This document shows positions 16,847-26,690 of a stretch of 64,000 bases of DNA, one piece after another (within the stretch, counting starts at the first letter, position 1; every line of letters starts with the position of its first letter). The notes beneath the pieces are model-generated. The model made no database searches. It was not told where the DNA came from and saw nothing but the letters and a program-made list of their open reading frames with translations. A program made the translations under genes and the position numbers. Source of the DNA: Chloroflexota bacterium (GTDB lineage: Bacteria; Chloroflexota; UBA11872; VXOZ01); NCBI GenBank assembly GCA_963662335.2, contig CAXXVD010000002.1, forward strand, positions 802,877 to 866,876. Reading direction: 5' to 3'.

Positions 16847-19843
16847 GTGAACGCGCGCCTGCCCCACATTGCCACAGACACCGCACAAGCGACTCCCCTG
16901 CTATCCGAACTGCGGCAGGCGGTCGCAGCCGAACTTGAGGCCGCGCGGTCACAGGCGGCGCTCTTTCGCGTGGAGGTCTACGCCGGCAAGCTGGGCGCGG
17001 AGACCGACGATGGCTATATGTACACGTTTCTACTCAGCGCGCTGCTGCCGGTCTTGGACGATACGCCGGGCGAACTCCACATTGGCAACCGGGCGCACCC
17101 CTGCCTCATTGCCGCCGTGGCGGGACTGCGCGTCACGGTGCTGCTGGCAACGGCCCCGGCCCGCTTCATCGAGCGCGCCACACTGGCGGCGCAGCCTTGG
17201 ACGGCGCTGGCGCGTCTGGATGAGGCGCTGGCGGACCGCGCGGCTGCGAGCGCGGCGGACGCGGACTTGAGCGCGGCGCTCTTCAGCGGCGAACCGGCGC
17301 TGGTGGAGCGGATTGCCCCGGCAGCCGCTGGTCCCGCCGACCCGCCGCTGGCGGAGATGCAACGGGAAGCGCTGGCGGCGGCCCTGGAGCGCAGCGTGAC
17401 GGTCATCACCGGCCCGGCGCACACCGGCAAGACGCATCTGCTGCGCCGGGTGGCCGCGTCGTGCGTGCAGGCGGGTTGCCGCGTGCTGCTGCTGGCCCCG
17501 TCCCACGACGCCATCGACGCGGCGCTCCGCCCGCTGGCCGAATCCGGCGCCGGCGGCGCCTACGCCGCGGGAAAGCTGCTCCGGCACGGCTCCAGTCCCG
17601 CTCCGGCGCTGCTACAGGCCTATCCGCTGCTCGCGCCGGAGCGCGCCGCGCGCCTGGTCGAAGCGGAACGGGAACGGGAGCGAGCGGCGCTGGATGCGGA
17701 ACGGGCGGCGTTGGCGGAGCGGGAACAGACCCTCGGCGTGTTGCATAAGGCCGCGGCGCTGGCGCAACAGGCGGCTGCGGAGCGCGACGCGGCGCAGGCG
17801 GCGGTAGACGCGCTGGCCGCGCAAGCGGACGCCGCGTCCGGCAGTAGCGCCGAGCCTACCGCCGGGCAGCGCCTGCGGGAACGCTGGCTGTGGCTGCGGC
17901 GGTGGATCATGCGTTTCGGCGGGCGCGCAACCCGGCGTGCCGAGCGCGCGTATCGAGAGAGCGCCGAGCGGCAGCGACAAGAGTCCTATGGGCACGCGCA
18001 GCGGCTGGCGGAAGCGCAGCGGCGTCTTGAAGAGAAGGCGGCGGCCGCGGCCCGCCTCGAGGCGGGTGTCCGCCAACAGCTTGCGCAATACGACCTCAAT
18101 CTCAACGACCTCGAAGGGGAGCGGCAACAGGCTGTGGCGCGCTCGGAGGCGCTGGCGGTGGAGCGTGAGCGGGCCGCGGCGAAGCCGAGCATCCAGGCCG
18201 CCTACAACCGGGCGCTTCTGGTAGGCGGCACGCTCTCGCACGCGCTGGCGGGTGAGGCAGTCCCGCCGCAGTCGTCCGACACACAATCGCGGTCGTCTGA
18301 CGCTCAGTCGCGGCTTTCCTACCTCCAACCGCAGTCGTTCGACGTGGTGTTGATCGACGACGCCCACCGCGTGCCCTTGCCCCACCTCTTCTGGGCGGCC
18401 GGTCTAGCCCGGTCGCGCGTCGTGGTCGCGACCGAACCGGCGGCGCTGCAACTCTGGCACTGTGCCCAACAGGCGGTTGCCCACCGCTGGCTGGGGCGCT
18501 CTTTCATCGCGTATCTGGGTGGACGGCGCGAGCTTGGCGCACCCGCGGCGCTCGCCCTTGCGGAGCGGTACGGGATCGCTCCCGCGCTGGCCGCGAGCGT
18601 GACGGGTTGGCTTGCCGAAACGGACAGCGCGTCCGGCAAGCGCTTGCCGACCCTGGATTCCGGCTTTCGCCGGAATGACGAGTTGCAGCGCTCCGGCGAG
18701 CGGCGGCGTTCCCCAGTACGTGGACGGCGGCACAGGCCGCTTACCGCGGTTCTGGAAGCCGAAAGTCCCGTGGCGCTGGTGGATACCGACGCTCTGAAGC
18801 CGTGGTGCGCGGCAATCCCGCGCCACGGGCGCGTGAACGTGGGCAGCGCCCTCACCACGGTGGCGCTGGCGGAGCGGCTGCGCGCGGCGGACGCCGCCCA
18901 GTCCATCGCACTCGTCACGCCGTACCACGCCCAGGCGCGGCTGCTGCTCCACCTGGCGCGCGACCGGCGCCTCGCCGACGCCATCGGCGTCTACGCGCCG
19001 CCCTGCTTGCCCGCTCGGGCGGCGGACGTCGTGATTCTGGATACAGTCGAAGCGCCGGGGCGGTTCACCTGGTCCGCGCTCGATGATTCGCGCCCGGATT
19101 CTCCGGCATACGACCTCTTTAGCAGCGTCTGCGCCCAGGCGCGGCAGCGGCTGCTGCTGGTAGCGCACGACAAGCACGTGCGCGCCGCGTTCGGCGCGCG
19201 GTCGCTCTTGCGGCGGATGCTGAGCGACGCCGCGGACGCGGGTTGGGCGGCGTCCGCGGGCGATTGTGTGGCGAGTTACCGCGCCGGGGCGGTGTCCCGC
19301 GCGCCGCAAGCGCCGGGCGCGAACGCCGCGCGCAACGCGCGTCCCACCGCCGCCGACGGCTGGGGCCTTCTGTTGCAAGATCTGGAAACGGCGCAGCGCG
19401 GCGTTACCATCTGGAGTCCGCACTTGGCGCTGAACACCGTGGAGCGCGTGCTGGGCCGGCTGCCGTCCGCGCTGCTGGAACGCGGCGCGGTGCGCGTGGT
19501 CACGTTGCCGGCGGCCGCCCTGCGCGGCGGGCAGCGCGCGCAAGCGGCCGCGGCGCGCCGGGTCTGCGAGCAAGTGGGCGTGGTGGTGGCAGAGCAGAGC
19601 ACACTGGCGGCCAATCTCGTTACCGTGGACGACCGCCTGGCGTGGGAGTGCACGCTGCCGCCCCTCAGCGCTGGCAGTGGCGGCCTGCAACTGCGCCGCA
19701 TCGAGAGCGCCCCGGTCGCGCGCCTGCTGCGCACGCTCCTAGCCGTGGAGGACACCGACACAATTGCGCCGGACGCCGCCTTCTTCATGCCGTTCGCTGA
19801 GCTAGGCAACCTGGCGCCGCGCGCGGACTCGCGCTCTTTCTGA
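16847..19843 (+). CDS. Upf1/DNA2-like SF1 helicase (AAA_11/AAA_12) with coiled-coil insert and C-terminal PLD-like domain; motifs degenerate
   Basis: ITGPAHTGKT, LLLAPSHDAID, FDVVLIDDAH, ALVTPYHAQ; C-terminal VTIWSPHL...VRVVT...LVTVDDRLAWE is PLD-like. Confidence 0.7.
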   Translation: MNARLPHIATDTAQATPLLSELRQAVAAELEAARSQAALFRVEVYAGKLGAETDDGYMYTFLLSALLPVLDDTPGELHIGNRAHPCLIAAVAGLRVTVLLATAPARFIERATLAAQPWTALARLDEALADRAAASAADADLSAALFSGEPALVERIAPAAAGPADPPLAEMQREALAAALERSVTVITGPAHTGKTHLLRRVAASCVQAGCRVLLLAPSHDAIDAALRPLAESGAGGAYAAGKLLRHGSSPAPALLQAYPLLAPERAARLVEAERERERAALDAERAALAEREQTLGVLHKAAALAQQAAAERDAAQAAVDALAAQADAASGSSAEPTAGQRLRERWLWLRRWIMRFGGRATRRAERAYRESAERQRQESYGHAQRLAEAQRRLEEKAAAAARLEAGVRQQLAQYDLNLNDLEGERQQAVARSEALAVERERAAAKPSIQAAYNRALLVGGTLSHALAGEAVPPQSSDTQSRSSDAQSRLSYLQPQSFDVVLIDDAHRVPLPHLFWAAGLARSRVVVATEPAALQLWHCAQQAVAHRWLGRSFIAYLGGRRELGAPAALALAERYGIAPALAASVTGWLAETDSASGKRLPTLDSGFRRNDELQRSGERRRSPVRGRRHRPLTAVLEAESPVALVDTDALKPWCAAIPRHGRVNVGSALTTVALAERLRAADAAQSIALVTPYHAQARLLLHLARDRRLADAIGVYAPPCLPARAADVVILDTVEAPGRFTWSALDDSRPDSPAYDLFSSVCAQARQRLLLVAHDKHVRAAFGARSLLRRMLSDAADAGWAASAGDCVASYRAGAVSRAPQAPGANAARNARPTAADGWGLLLQDLETAQRGVTIWSPHLALNTVERVLGRLPSALLERGAVRVVTLPAAALRGGQRAQAAAARRVCEQVGVVVAEQSTLAANLVTVDDRLAWECTLPPLSAGSGGLQLRRIESAPVARLLRTLLAVEDTDTIAPDAAFFMPFAELGNLAPRADSRSF

Positions 19844-19934
19844 ACGCAAGCCAAGCTCCCTCTCCCGGTCGCGCCTGCGGGGCTGCGCGGCGTGTCCGAC
19901 CCACCGCAGCGGGCACAGGATTCAGCCGCACCGG

Positions 19935-20999
19935 CTAGAACCGTCCACTGCGGACCTCGAAGCGGGTCGGTTTCCCGTGGGAAGGCAGGTCGCGCTCCAG
20001 CCAAGCGGCGGTCCAGTCGATCATCGTTGCCAAAGGCACGAGCGGCCGGCCGAAGAGTTGCCGCGCTTGGGCGGTGCTGTTGACCCACGCGGTTGCCGCC
20101 TCTGTGCCCGCAAATTGCGGCGTTTTGTTGAAGCGCGCGCCAAAGGCGTGGGCCAGGGCGCGGATGCTCATCGCTTCAGGCCCGCCGACGTTTAGGGCGC
20201 GCGCAGGCGTGTCGCAATGTAACAGCGCGCGCAGGGCCTGGCTGCTCGCGTCGCCTTGCCAGATGACGTTCACGTAACCCATCGCCAGCGGCACGGGTTT
20301 GCCGTCGCGCACCCACCGCGCCACGTCGTGCAGCACGCCGTAGCGCATGTCGATGGCGTAGTTGAGCCGCAGCAGGCGGCCCGGCGTGCCGTGCTGCCGC
20401 GAGAAGTGTTGGAAGACGCGCTCGCGTCCCACGCAGGAGTTGGCGTACTCGCCCACCGGTTCCGGGGCGGTCGCCTCGTCCCAGCCGTGCCCGGCAACCG
20501 GCGCGTAGGGATAGACGCAGAGGGTGGAAAAGGCCACGATGCGGGAGTGGCGGAACGTCTCGGCCACGATGGCCGGCGCGTGGGTGTTCATGGCCCAGGT
20601 GAAGGCCGGGTCTGCCTGCGTGCCGAACTTCTTGCCCGCCATGTAGACCACGTTGGGCAACTGCGGCAGCGCGGCCACCGCCGTCCGGTCCAGAAGGTCG
20701 CAGGCGATGGTCTCGACGCCCCAGGCCTCCAGGCGCGCGCGCACGGCGGCATCGCTAAAGCGCGCCACGCCCACGATGCGCTTGCCGGGCGCCGCGCGCT
20801 TGGCCAGCCGCGCCAACGTCGGCCCCACCTTGCCGCCGACGCCGAGTATGAGAATGTCGCCATCAAGCCGCCGCAAATCATCGACCAGCGCTTGGCTGGG
20901 GCGGGAGAGCAACTCTTCCAGGGCGTCTACGCCGGCGATGTCCGCCGGCAGGGTAGACGAAGTGAGTATTGCCATGGGTGCACCATTGGAAGCGCTCAT
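19935..20999 (-). CDS. NAD-dependent epimerase/dehydratase (extended SDR)
   Basis: LGVGGKVG, MAGKKFG, EYANSCVGRER, RLNYA, NVIWQGDA. Confidence 0.85.
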   Translation of the reverse strand: MSASNGAPMAILTSSTLPADIAGVDALEELLSRPSQALVDDLRRLDGDILILGVGGKVGPTLARLAKRAAPGKRIVGVARFSDAAVRARLEAWGVETIACDLLDRTAVAALPQLPNVVYMAGKKFGTQADPAFTWAMNTHAPAIVAETFRHSRIVAFSTLCVYPYAPVAGHGWDEATAPEPVGEYANSCVGRERVFQHFSRQHGTPGRLLRLNYAIDMRYGVLHDVARWVRDGKPVPLAMGYVNVIWQGDASSQALRALLHCDTPARALNVGGPEAMSIRALAHAFGARFNKTPQFAGTEAATAWVNSTAQARQLFGRPLVPLATMIDWTAAWLERDLPSHGKPTRFEVRSGRF

Positions 21000-21062
21000 T
21001 GCAACGGCAATTCAGTATACCATGTACCCTGACTGTCTCAGCGCGAGCAAGGAGCGACGGCA

Positions 21063-22130
21063 ATGAAGCGGGTAATGTTCGACGACCTCTACACCTGGTC
21101 GGTCTTCAACGAGGAGAAGCAATTCGACTTCAACGGCTTTCTGTGGGTAAGGGAAGAAGGCAACATCCTCATCGATCCCGTGCCCATGAGCGCCGGTGAC
21201 GCGGCGCAACTGGACGCGCTGGGCGGCGCGGCGCTCATCGTCCTGACCAACCGCGACCACGAACGGGACGCCGCGACTTTACAGAAACGCACTGGCGCGC
21301 GCATCGTGGCGCACGCGGCCGACGCGGCGCTCTTTGGGCTTACCGTAGACCGCACGGTGACCGATGGCGAGGAGATCGTGCCGGATCTCAAGGCGCTGCA
21401 CCTAGCGCACGGCAAGAGTCCCGGCGAGATCGCGCTGCTCTGGCGCGGCGGGCGCGTGGCCTTCATCGGCGATTACGTCTGGGGCAATCCCGTGGGCGCG
21501 TTGACGCTGGGCGCGGAACCGGCGCTGGCGGACCCGGCGCAGGCGGCGCTGCAACTGCGCAAATTGCTGGCCGTGCAGCAACTCGACGCGCTGCTGCTCG
21601 GCGACGGCCACTCGCTCCTGACCGGCGCCCGCGACGCGCTGCTGGCCATGCTGGAGGCGCGCCGGGACATCTACATCAACCGGATCAACCTGGATGAAAT
21701 CCCGTGGTTCGAGATACCCAACTGGCCCGGCGCGTTTGGCTATGCGTTCAAGGACGTCGATCCGCTCATCGGCGCGCGGCATCTCGGTTACCTGGTGATG
21801 CGGCTCGATCCGGGCAAGAAGGGTTTTCCGCTGCACTTCCACTACTTCGAGGAAGAACTCGGCGTGGTGCTGGAGGGCACGTGCACCATGCGCACCTCGC
21901 GGGGCGACGTGGCGCTGCGCCAGGGCGATTTCGTTGCCTTTCCGCCGGGCCCCAACGGCGACCACCAGTACGTCAATGACGGCGATGAGCCGTGCGTGAT
22001 GCTGCTGCTCAGCAACATCGTGCCCAGCGACGTGAGCGAATACCCGGATTCCAACAAGGTGAACCTGCGCGGCGTGCGCCACATCTTCCACAAGGAAAAG
22101 GCAGTGGACTATTGGGACCGGGAGTCCTGA
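21063..22130 (+). CDS. MBL-fold hydrolase-like domain fused to cupin domain
   Basis: N-terminal ILIDP...LTNRDHER...GKSPGE...IGD...LGDG; C-terminal PLHFHYFEEE...LEG...GDFVAFPPG...HQYVN...YPDSNK. Confidence 0.8.
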   Translation: MKRVMFDDLYTWSVFNEEKQFDFNGFLWVREEGNILIDPVPMSAGDAAQLDALGGAALIVLTNRDHERDAATLQKRTGARIVAHAADAALFGLTVDRTVTDGEEIVPDLKALHLAHGKSPGEIALLWRGGRVAFIGDYVWGNPVGALTLGAEPALADPAQAALQLRKLLAVQQLDALLLGDGHSLLTGARDALLAMLEARRDIYINRINLDEIPWFEIPNWPGAFGYAFKDVDPLIGARHLGYLVMRLDPGKKGFPLHFHYFEEELGVVLEGTCTMRTSRGDVALRQGDFVAFPPGPNGDHQYVNDGDEPCVMLLLSNIVPSDVSEYPDSNKVNLRGVRHIFHKEKAVDYWDRES

Positions 22131-22319
22131 TGTTCCTTACGGCATTGGGCGTAGGGGCGTCGCGAAAATGCCTTTGCGCGCTCTGCCGGTAGGCGTAGGG
22201 GCACGACATGTCGTGCCCCTACGCCCGACGGCGGTTTACGCGGCGCCATTTGCCACAGGCCCCGGCGCCGTGGGTCGAGCGCCAATGGCCTGCGCCGGCG
22301 ATAGAGGGGGGCATGTTCC

Positions 22320-22480
22320 AACGCTGTCGTGCTAACGTAGCGCGGGGGCTTGTCCCCCGCCGGGGCTATCGAAACTGGCACGCAAAATAACGACCTAGCA
22401 GATTCGCAGGTTACAAACCTGCGCTACCGGAGATGCGTGGCGTGGTTTTCATTGCCATTGCGATTAATGCGGCAACATAA
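22320..22480. mobile_element. Diverged copy of the 16511-16674 MITE (reverse orientation)
   Basis: CAACGCTGTCGTGCTAAC-[REP]-GAAACTGGCACGCA...TTCGCAGGTTACAAACCTGCGCTACCGGAGAT...TTAATGCGGCAACAT. Confidence 0.6.
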
Positions 22481-22701
22481 GGGACAAGCCCCCGCGCTAC
22501 GGCCTGGAATTCCTGTGTTACCATTTGCTGTCATTCCGAGCGCAGCGAGGAATCTGGAATCCGCGCTGCGGCCGCCAAGCGAATCCACCTACCCGGTACC
22601 GGATGCGCGCAATTGGCAATTAGCGCTGCCCCACCATGTGTAGTACGGTATACAAAGATGGAGCGCGCGTGAAGGTTAGCGATGAGCGAAAGGATGCGCC
22701 G

Positions 22702-23736
22702 GTGTCGGCACGAGTGCGTTTTGGCATTGCGGGGATGGACCACTGGTACGCCGGTTTCGCGGCGCTGCGGGGCATTGCCGCCAACGATGATGCGGTGGTG
22801 ACGGCGGTGGCGCACCGCCAGACGGCGTACGTGGAGGCGATTGCCGCCGAATACGCGATACCCTCCATTACCAGCGATTACGCTGAAGTCGCGCGGCGGG
22901 ACGACGTGGACGTGGTGGTGGCGGCGTGCACCACGGCGGAAGCGCCCGCGTTGTGTCAAGAGGCGGCGGCGCACGGCAAGCACGTCATCTGCGTGAAGCC
23001 CATGGCGTTGACGTTGGCAGAGGCCGACGCGGTAGTCGCGGCGGTGGAGCGGGCCGGCGTCGGCTTCTATCCGCTGGAAGCGATTCAGACAAGCGGCGGC
23101 GCGGCGCGGCAGTACGCCCAGTGGCTGGAAGAAGGCCGCATCGGCCGGCCCATCAGCGCCGCGGTAATCCGGCGTGGCGGCCTGCCCACGCAGGAGTGGC
23201 CCGGCGTGCACGTGGCGCGCACCTGGTGGCTGGTGGCGGGCAAAGCTCCCGGCGGCGGCTGGATCGACCACGCCATCTACGACGTCCACATGCTGCGCCG
23301 GTTGCTTGGCGCTGAGGTTGTCCGCGTCACCGGCGCCACCGCGAACCTGGTGCACACGGATATTCCGTTCGAGGACTACGGTGCGGCGACCCTCACGTTC
23401 GACAACGGTTTCGTGGCAACGCTGGAGGTCACGTGGTCCAGCGGCCCGCAGTCCGGCATGCACGCTTTTCATCTGGTGGGCACGGAGGGACAGATCGCCA
23501 CGGACGGCATCTCCGGCAAGCTGGCCGTGCGGGGCAATTTTGCGCCCTGGCAGGGTTGGGTGCTCTCCGACGGCGCACGCAGCCCAAGCGGAGACAGCGT
23601 CGCGCTGATGGTGGATTTCGCGCGGAACGGCGCGCCGCTGCCGGCCACGGTGCATGACGGCCGCCGCAACCTGGCGGTCTGCCTGGCGTTCTACGAGGCC
23701 GCCCGCGCTGACCGCGTCGTGACGCTGCCGCGCTAG
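22702..23736 (+). CDS. Gfo/Idh/MocA family oxidoreductase
   Basis: RDDVDVVVAA, GKHVICVKPMA, GGGWIDHAIY. Start uncertain (22636-22702). Confidence 0.85.
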   Translation: MSARVRFGIAGMDHWYAGFAALRGIAANDDAVVTAVAHRQTAYVEAIAAEYAIPSITSDYAEVARRDDVDVVVAACTTAEAPALCQEAAAHGKHVICVKPMALTLAEADAVVAAVERAGVGFYPLEAIQTSGGAARQYAQWLEEGRIGRPISAAVIRRGGLPTQEWPGVHVARTWWLVAGKAPGGGWIDHAIYDVHMLRRLLGAEVVRVTGATANLVHTDIPFEDYGAATLTFDNGFVATLEVTWSSGPQSGMHAFHLVGTEGQIATDGISGKLAVRGNFAPWQGWVLSDGARSPSGDSVALMVDFARNGAPLPATVHDGRRNLAVCLAFYEAARADRVVTLPR

Positions 23737-23749
23737 CCGCAGATTAGCC

Positions 23750-24520
23750 ATGAGCACGGTTATCGCGATTGCCAATCAAAAGGGCGGCGTGGGCAAGACG
23801 ACTACGGCCGTCAACCTGGGCGCGTACCTGGCAATGCGGCGGCAGGACGTGCTGCTGGTAGACCTGGATCCGCAGGCGAACACCACCGGCGGCCTGGGCA
23901 TTCCCAAGCAAGACCCCAGCATCTACCACGCAATGCGCGGCGGCACGGCGGCGCGGGAACGCATCGTGCCGGTGGCGGACGCGCCCAATCTCTCGCTGTT
24001 GCCGTCCAGCCCGGCGCTGGCCGGCCTGGAGGCGGAGGCCGTGGAACTGCCGGAGCGCGAGTATCTTCTGCGCGCCGCGCTCGCGCCGCTGCGGGACGAG
24101 TATGCGTACGTGCTGATAGACTGTCCGCCGTCGCTGGGCATGTTGACCGTGAATGGCCTCTGCGCCGCCGACGAGGTGATAATTCCCGTGCAGTGCGAGT
24201 ACCTGGCGCTGGAGGGCCTGGCGCAACTGCTGGATTCGGTGCGGCGCGTGCGCGGCGGCTTGCACCCCGCGCTGGGCCGGGTGCGCATTCTCCTGACCAT
24301 GTTCGACACGCGCACGCGCCTGGCGCAGCAGGTGCGGGACGAGGTGCGGGCGCATTTTCCCGGCCAGGTGTTCGCGACCGTGATCGCTCGCAACGTGCGC
24401 CTGGCGGAAGCGCCCAGCCACGGCCGCACGATATTGGCGTATGACCCATTCTCGAAAGGCGCCGAAGCGTACCGGCTCCTGGCGGAGGAAGTATCGGGCA
24501 GTAGCGGTCATACGCGGTAA
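23750..24520 (+). CDS. parA: Chromosome partitioning ATPase ParA/Soj
   Basis: ANQKGGVGKTTT, DLDPQAN, IDCPPSLG, PVQCEYLALEG, RNVRLAEAPSHG. Confidence 0.95.
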   Translation: MSTVIAIANQKGGVGKTTTAVNLGAYLAMRRQDVLLVDLDPQANTTGGLGIPKQDPSIYHAMRGGTAARERIVPVADAPNLSLLPSSPALAGLEAEAVELPEREYLLRAALAPLRDEYAYVLIDCPPSLGMLTVNGLCAADEVIIPVQCEYLALEGLAQLLDSVRRVRGGLHPALGRVRILLTMFDTRTRLAQQVRDEVRAHFPGQVFATVIARNVRLAEAPSHGRTILAYDPFSKGAEAYRLLAEEVSGSSGHTR

Positions 24521-24620
24521 TCGAGCGCAAGCGTCATTCCGAGCGCAGTGAGGAATCTACGGCCGTAGCGCGGGGGCTTGTCCCCCGCTCCGCACCATGC
24601 AAACTCAGGAGCGGCACACC

Positions 24621-24765
24621 GTAGCGCGGGGGCTTGTCCCACGCTGGAGCCATTGAAACTGGCACGCAGAGAATTGACCTAACAGCTTCGCAGGTTACAA
24701 ACCTGCGCTACCGGAGATTTGGGACGCGAGTTCTGCTGTCTCTCTGTTTAATGCGACAGCATTGG
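24621..24765. mobile_element. Copy of the 16511-16674 MITE between parA and parB (one TIR evident)
   Basis: Close reverse-complement match to ~16511-16655, ending TTAATGCGACAGCATTGG. Confidence 0.65.
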
Positions 24766-24911
24766 GGCTTGTCCCCCGCCGGGCAGGGCGGCTGTTTGGG
24801 CGGAGAGGATGGATTCCGGCTTGCGCCGGAATGACAGACGGAGCCGGAATGACGGATGGTGCCGGAATGGCGGACGAAATCGGATTGGCGGCTGCAAGGA
24901 GATAGGCGAGG

Positions 24912-25745
24912 GTGTCACGTAAAGGCGGACTAGGTCGCGGACTCGGCGCGTTGCTGCCGGAATCCGGCTTGCAGGACGTGCCGGTGGAGCGCATTCACCC
25001 CAATCCCCTGCAGCCGCGGCAGGTGTTTGCCGAAGAAGAGCTGGCGGAACTCGCGCAATCGATCCGCGAGCACGGCATCTTACAGCCGGTGGTGGTCAGC
25101 CGCCAGCCGGAAGAGGGCGCATACCAGTTGATCGTCGGCGAGCGCCGTTGGCGGGCGGCCCGGCAGGCGGGACTGGCTACCATTCCCGCGCTCATCCGGC
25201 CCACCGGCAGCCGCGAAGCGTTGGAATTGGCGCTGGTGGAGAATCTCCAGCGCGTCCGCCTCTCGCCGCTGGAGACCGCCGAGGCCTACGCGGCGCTCAT
25301 GAGCGAATTCGGCATCACCCAGGAGCAGGTGGCGGCGCGCGTTGGCAAGAGCCGCTCGGCCGTGGCCAATACGCTCCGCCTGCTCAACCTGGCCGTCGCC
25401 GTGAAGGAAGCCCTGGCCGCCGGCACGATCAGCGAAGGGCATGCCCGCGCCCTGCTGCGGCTCTCTACCGAACGGCAAGTCTTTGCCTTAGCTGAGATAG
25501 AGAAACGGGGCCTGAACGTGCGCCAGACCGAGCGGCTCGCGCAGCGGCTGCTCGCGTCGCCGCGTTCCGCCCGCGCCAAGCCGGTGGATCCGCGCAGCGG
25601 CGAGTGGGAAGACCTGCTGCGGCGGACGCTGGCGACGAGAGTGGAGATCCAGCGCCGGGGCAAGCGCGGCACGATTCGCATCCACTTCTATTCGGATGAA
25701 GACCTAGAGGCTCTAATAGACCGGCTGCTGGCGGATGAAGCGTAA
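24912..25745 (+). CDS. parB: Chromosome partitioning protein ParB/Spo0J
   Basis: GLGRGLGALL, PNPLQPRQVF, GERRWRA, ALVENLQR, HTH GKSRSAVANTLRLL, SEGHARALL. Confidence 0.96.
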   Translation: MSRKGGLGRGLGALLPESGLQDVPVERIHPNPLQPRQVFAEEELAELAQSIREHGILQPVVVSRQPEEGAYQLIVGERRWRAARQAGLATIPALIRPTGSREALELALVENLQRVRLSPLETAEAYAALMSEFGITQEQVAARVGKSRSAVANTLRLLNLAVAVKEALAAGTISEGHARALLRLSTERQVFALAEIEKRGLNVRQTERLAQRLLASPRSARAKPVDPRSGEWEDLLRRTLATRVEIQRRGKRGTIRIHFYSDEDLEALIDRLLADEA

Positions 25746-25862
25746 GCGCCGTGTCGCTTCCTCGTCCCAATAGTCTCGCATACGGCTGTGCGCTTCAATA
25801 GATCGTCTTGTGTTAGGCTTATAGAGACCGTGTGCGTTGGCAGCGACAGAGAGAGGAACGCG

Positions 25863-26690
25863 GTGGACGATTCACCTTGGGTAGCGCTTGTAGGCCCGTT
25901 TCCAACGGAACTCCGCCCCACTACGCGGTGGCGCGACCGCTATGGGCGCTTGCCCCGCACGATTCACGCGCGCGCGCTTGCAGAAGCGCTGGCGGACCCG
26001 GCGCTGGACAGCGTCATCCTGCACTGGAACCTGCCGGAGCGCCCGGCGCTGGCGGAAGATGTGCTGGCGCGCGGCCTTCCGTTGTGTCTGCCCGGGCCTC
26101 TCGCGCGGGAAGAAGAGCGGCTGGTGCGCGCCGCCAACGGCTCAGTGTTTCTTGGCGCGCCGAGCAACGCGCTGCCCGCCGTGCGCGCCATGCGGCTGGC
26201 GCTTGGCGACGACACCACCGGTCCCGTGCGCTACGTCGCCGTGCGGCGGCTGACCCAACCCGCGCCCGGCGCGCCGCATTATGCGCCGCTGGCGGACGCG
26301 TTGGAGACTGCCGCCAGCTTTGTGCCGGGAGACCCGGCGTGGGTCTTTGCGCAGCGCGCCGAACGGGCGGAGACTACCACGATTATTGCCAATCTCCACT
26401 TCCCGGCGGCCGAGGTGATGGCGACCTGGGCGCAGGCGCCGGGCGGCCCCGCGCACGATGACTGGCTGCTCTACGGCACGAAGGGCATGGTGCACCGGCG
26501 CGACGAGAATGCCGGCCACACCCTTGCCGCGCAATTGTTCGATCACTGGCTGAGCGTGCGCGGCGGGCGCGACGAACCGCTTCTGTGGCCGGAACAAGCC
26601 CTCACTGCGGCGCGTCTCGCCCGGGCGGTTGACCGTTCGCTCCAGGAACGCCGCCGTATCGCCTGGCAGGAGGTAGCTGACGATGGCTGA
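25863..26690 (+). CDS. Divergent Gfo/Idh/MocA-like protein, probably catalytically eroded
   Basis: EALADPALDSV, LARGLPLCLPGPLA (EKP motif lost), LYGTKGMV, A..LARAVDRS. Overlaps the start of the next Gfo gene. Confidence 0.5.
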   Translation: MDDSPWVALVGPFPTELRPTTRWRDRYGRLPRTIHARALAEALADPALDSVILHWNLPERPALAEDVLARGLPLCLPGPLAREEERLVRAANGSVFLGAPSNALPAVRAMRLALGDDTTGPVRYVAVRRLTQPAPGAPHYAPLADALETAASFVPGDPAWVFAQRAERAETTTIIANLHFPAAEVMATWAQAPGGPAHDDWLLYGTKGMVHRRDENAGHTLAAQLFDHWLSVRGGRDEPLLWPEQALTAARLARAVDRSLQERRRIAWQEVADDG

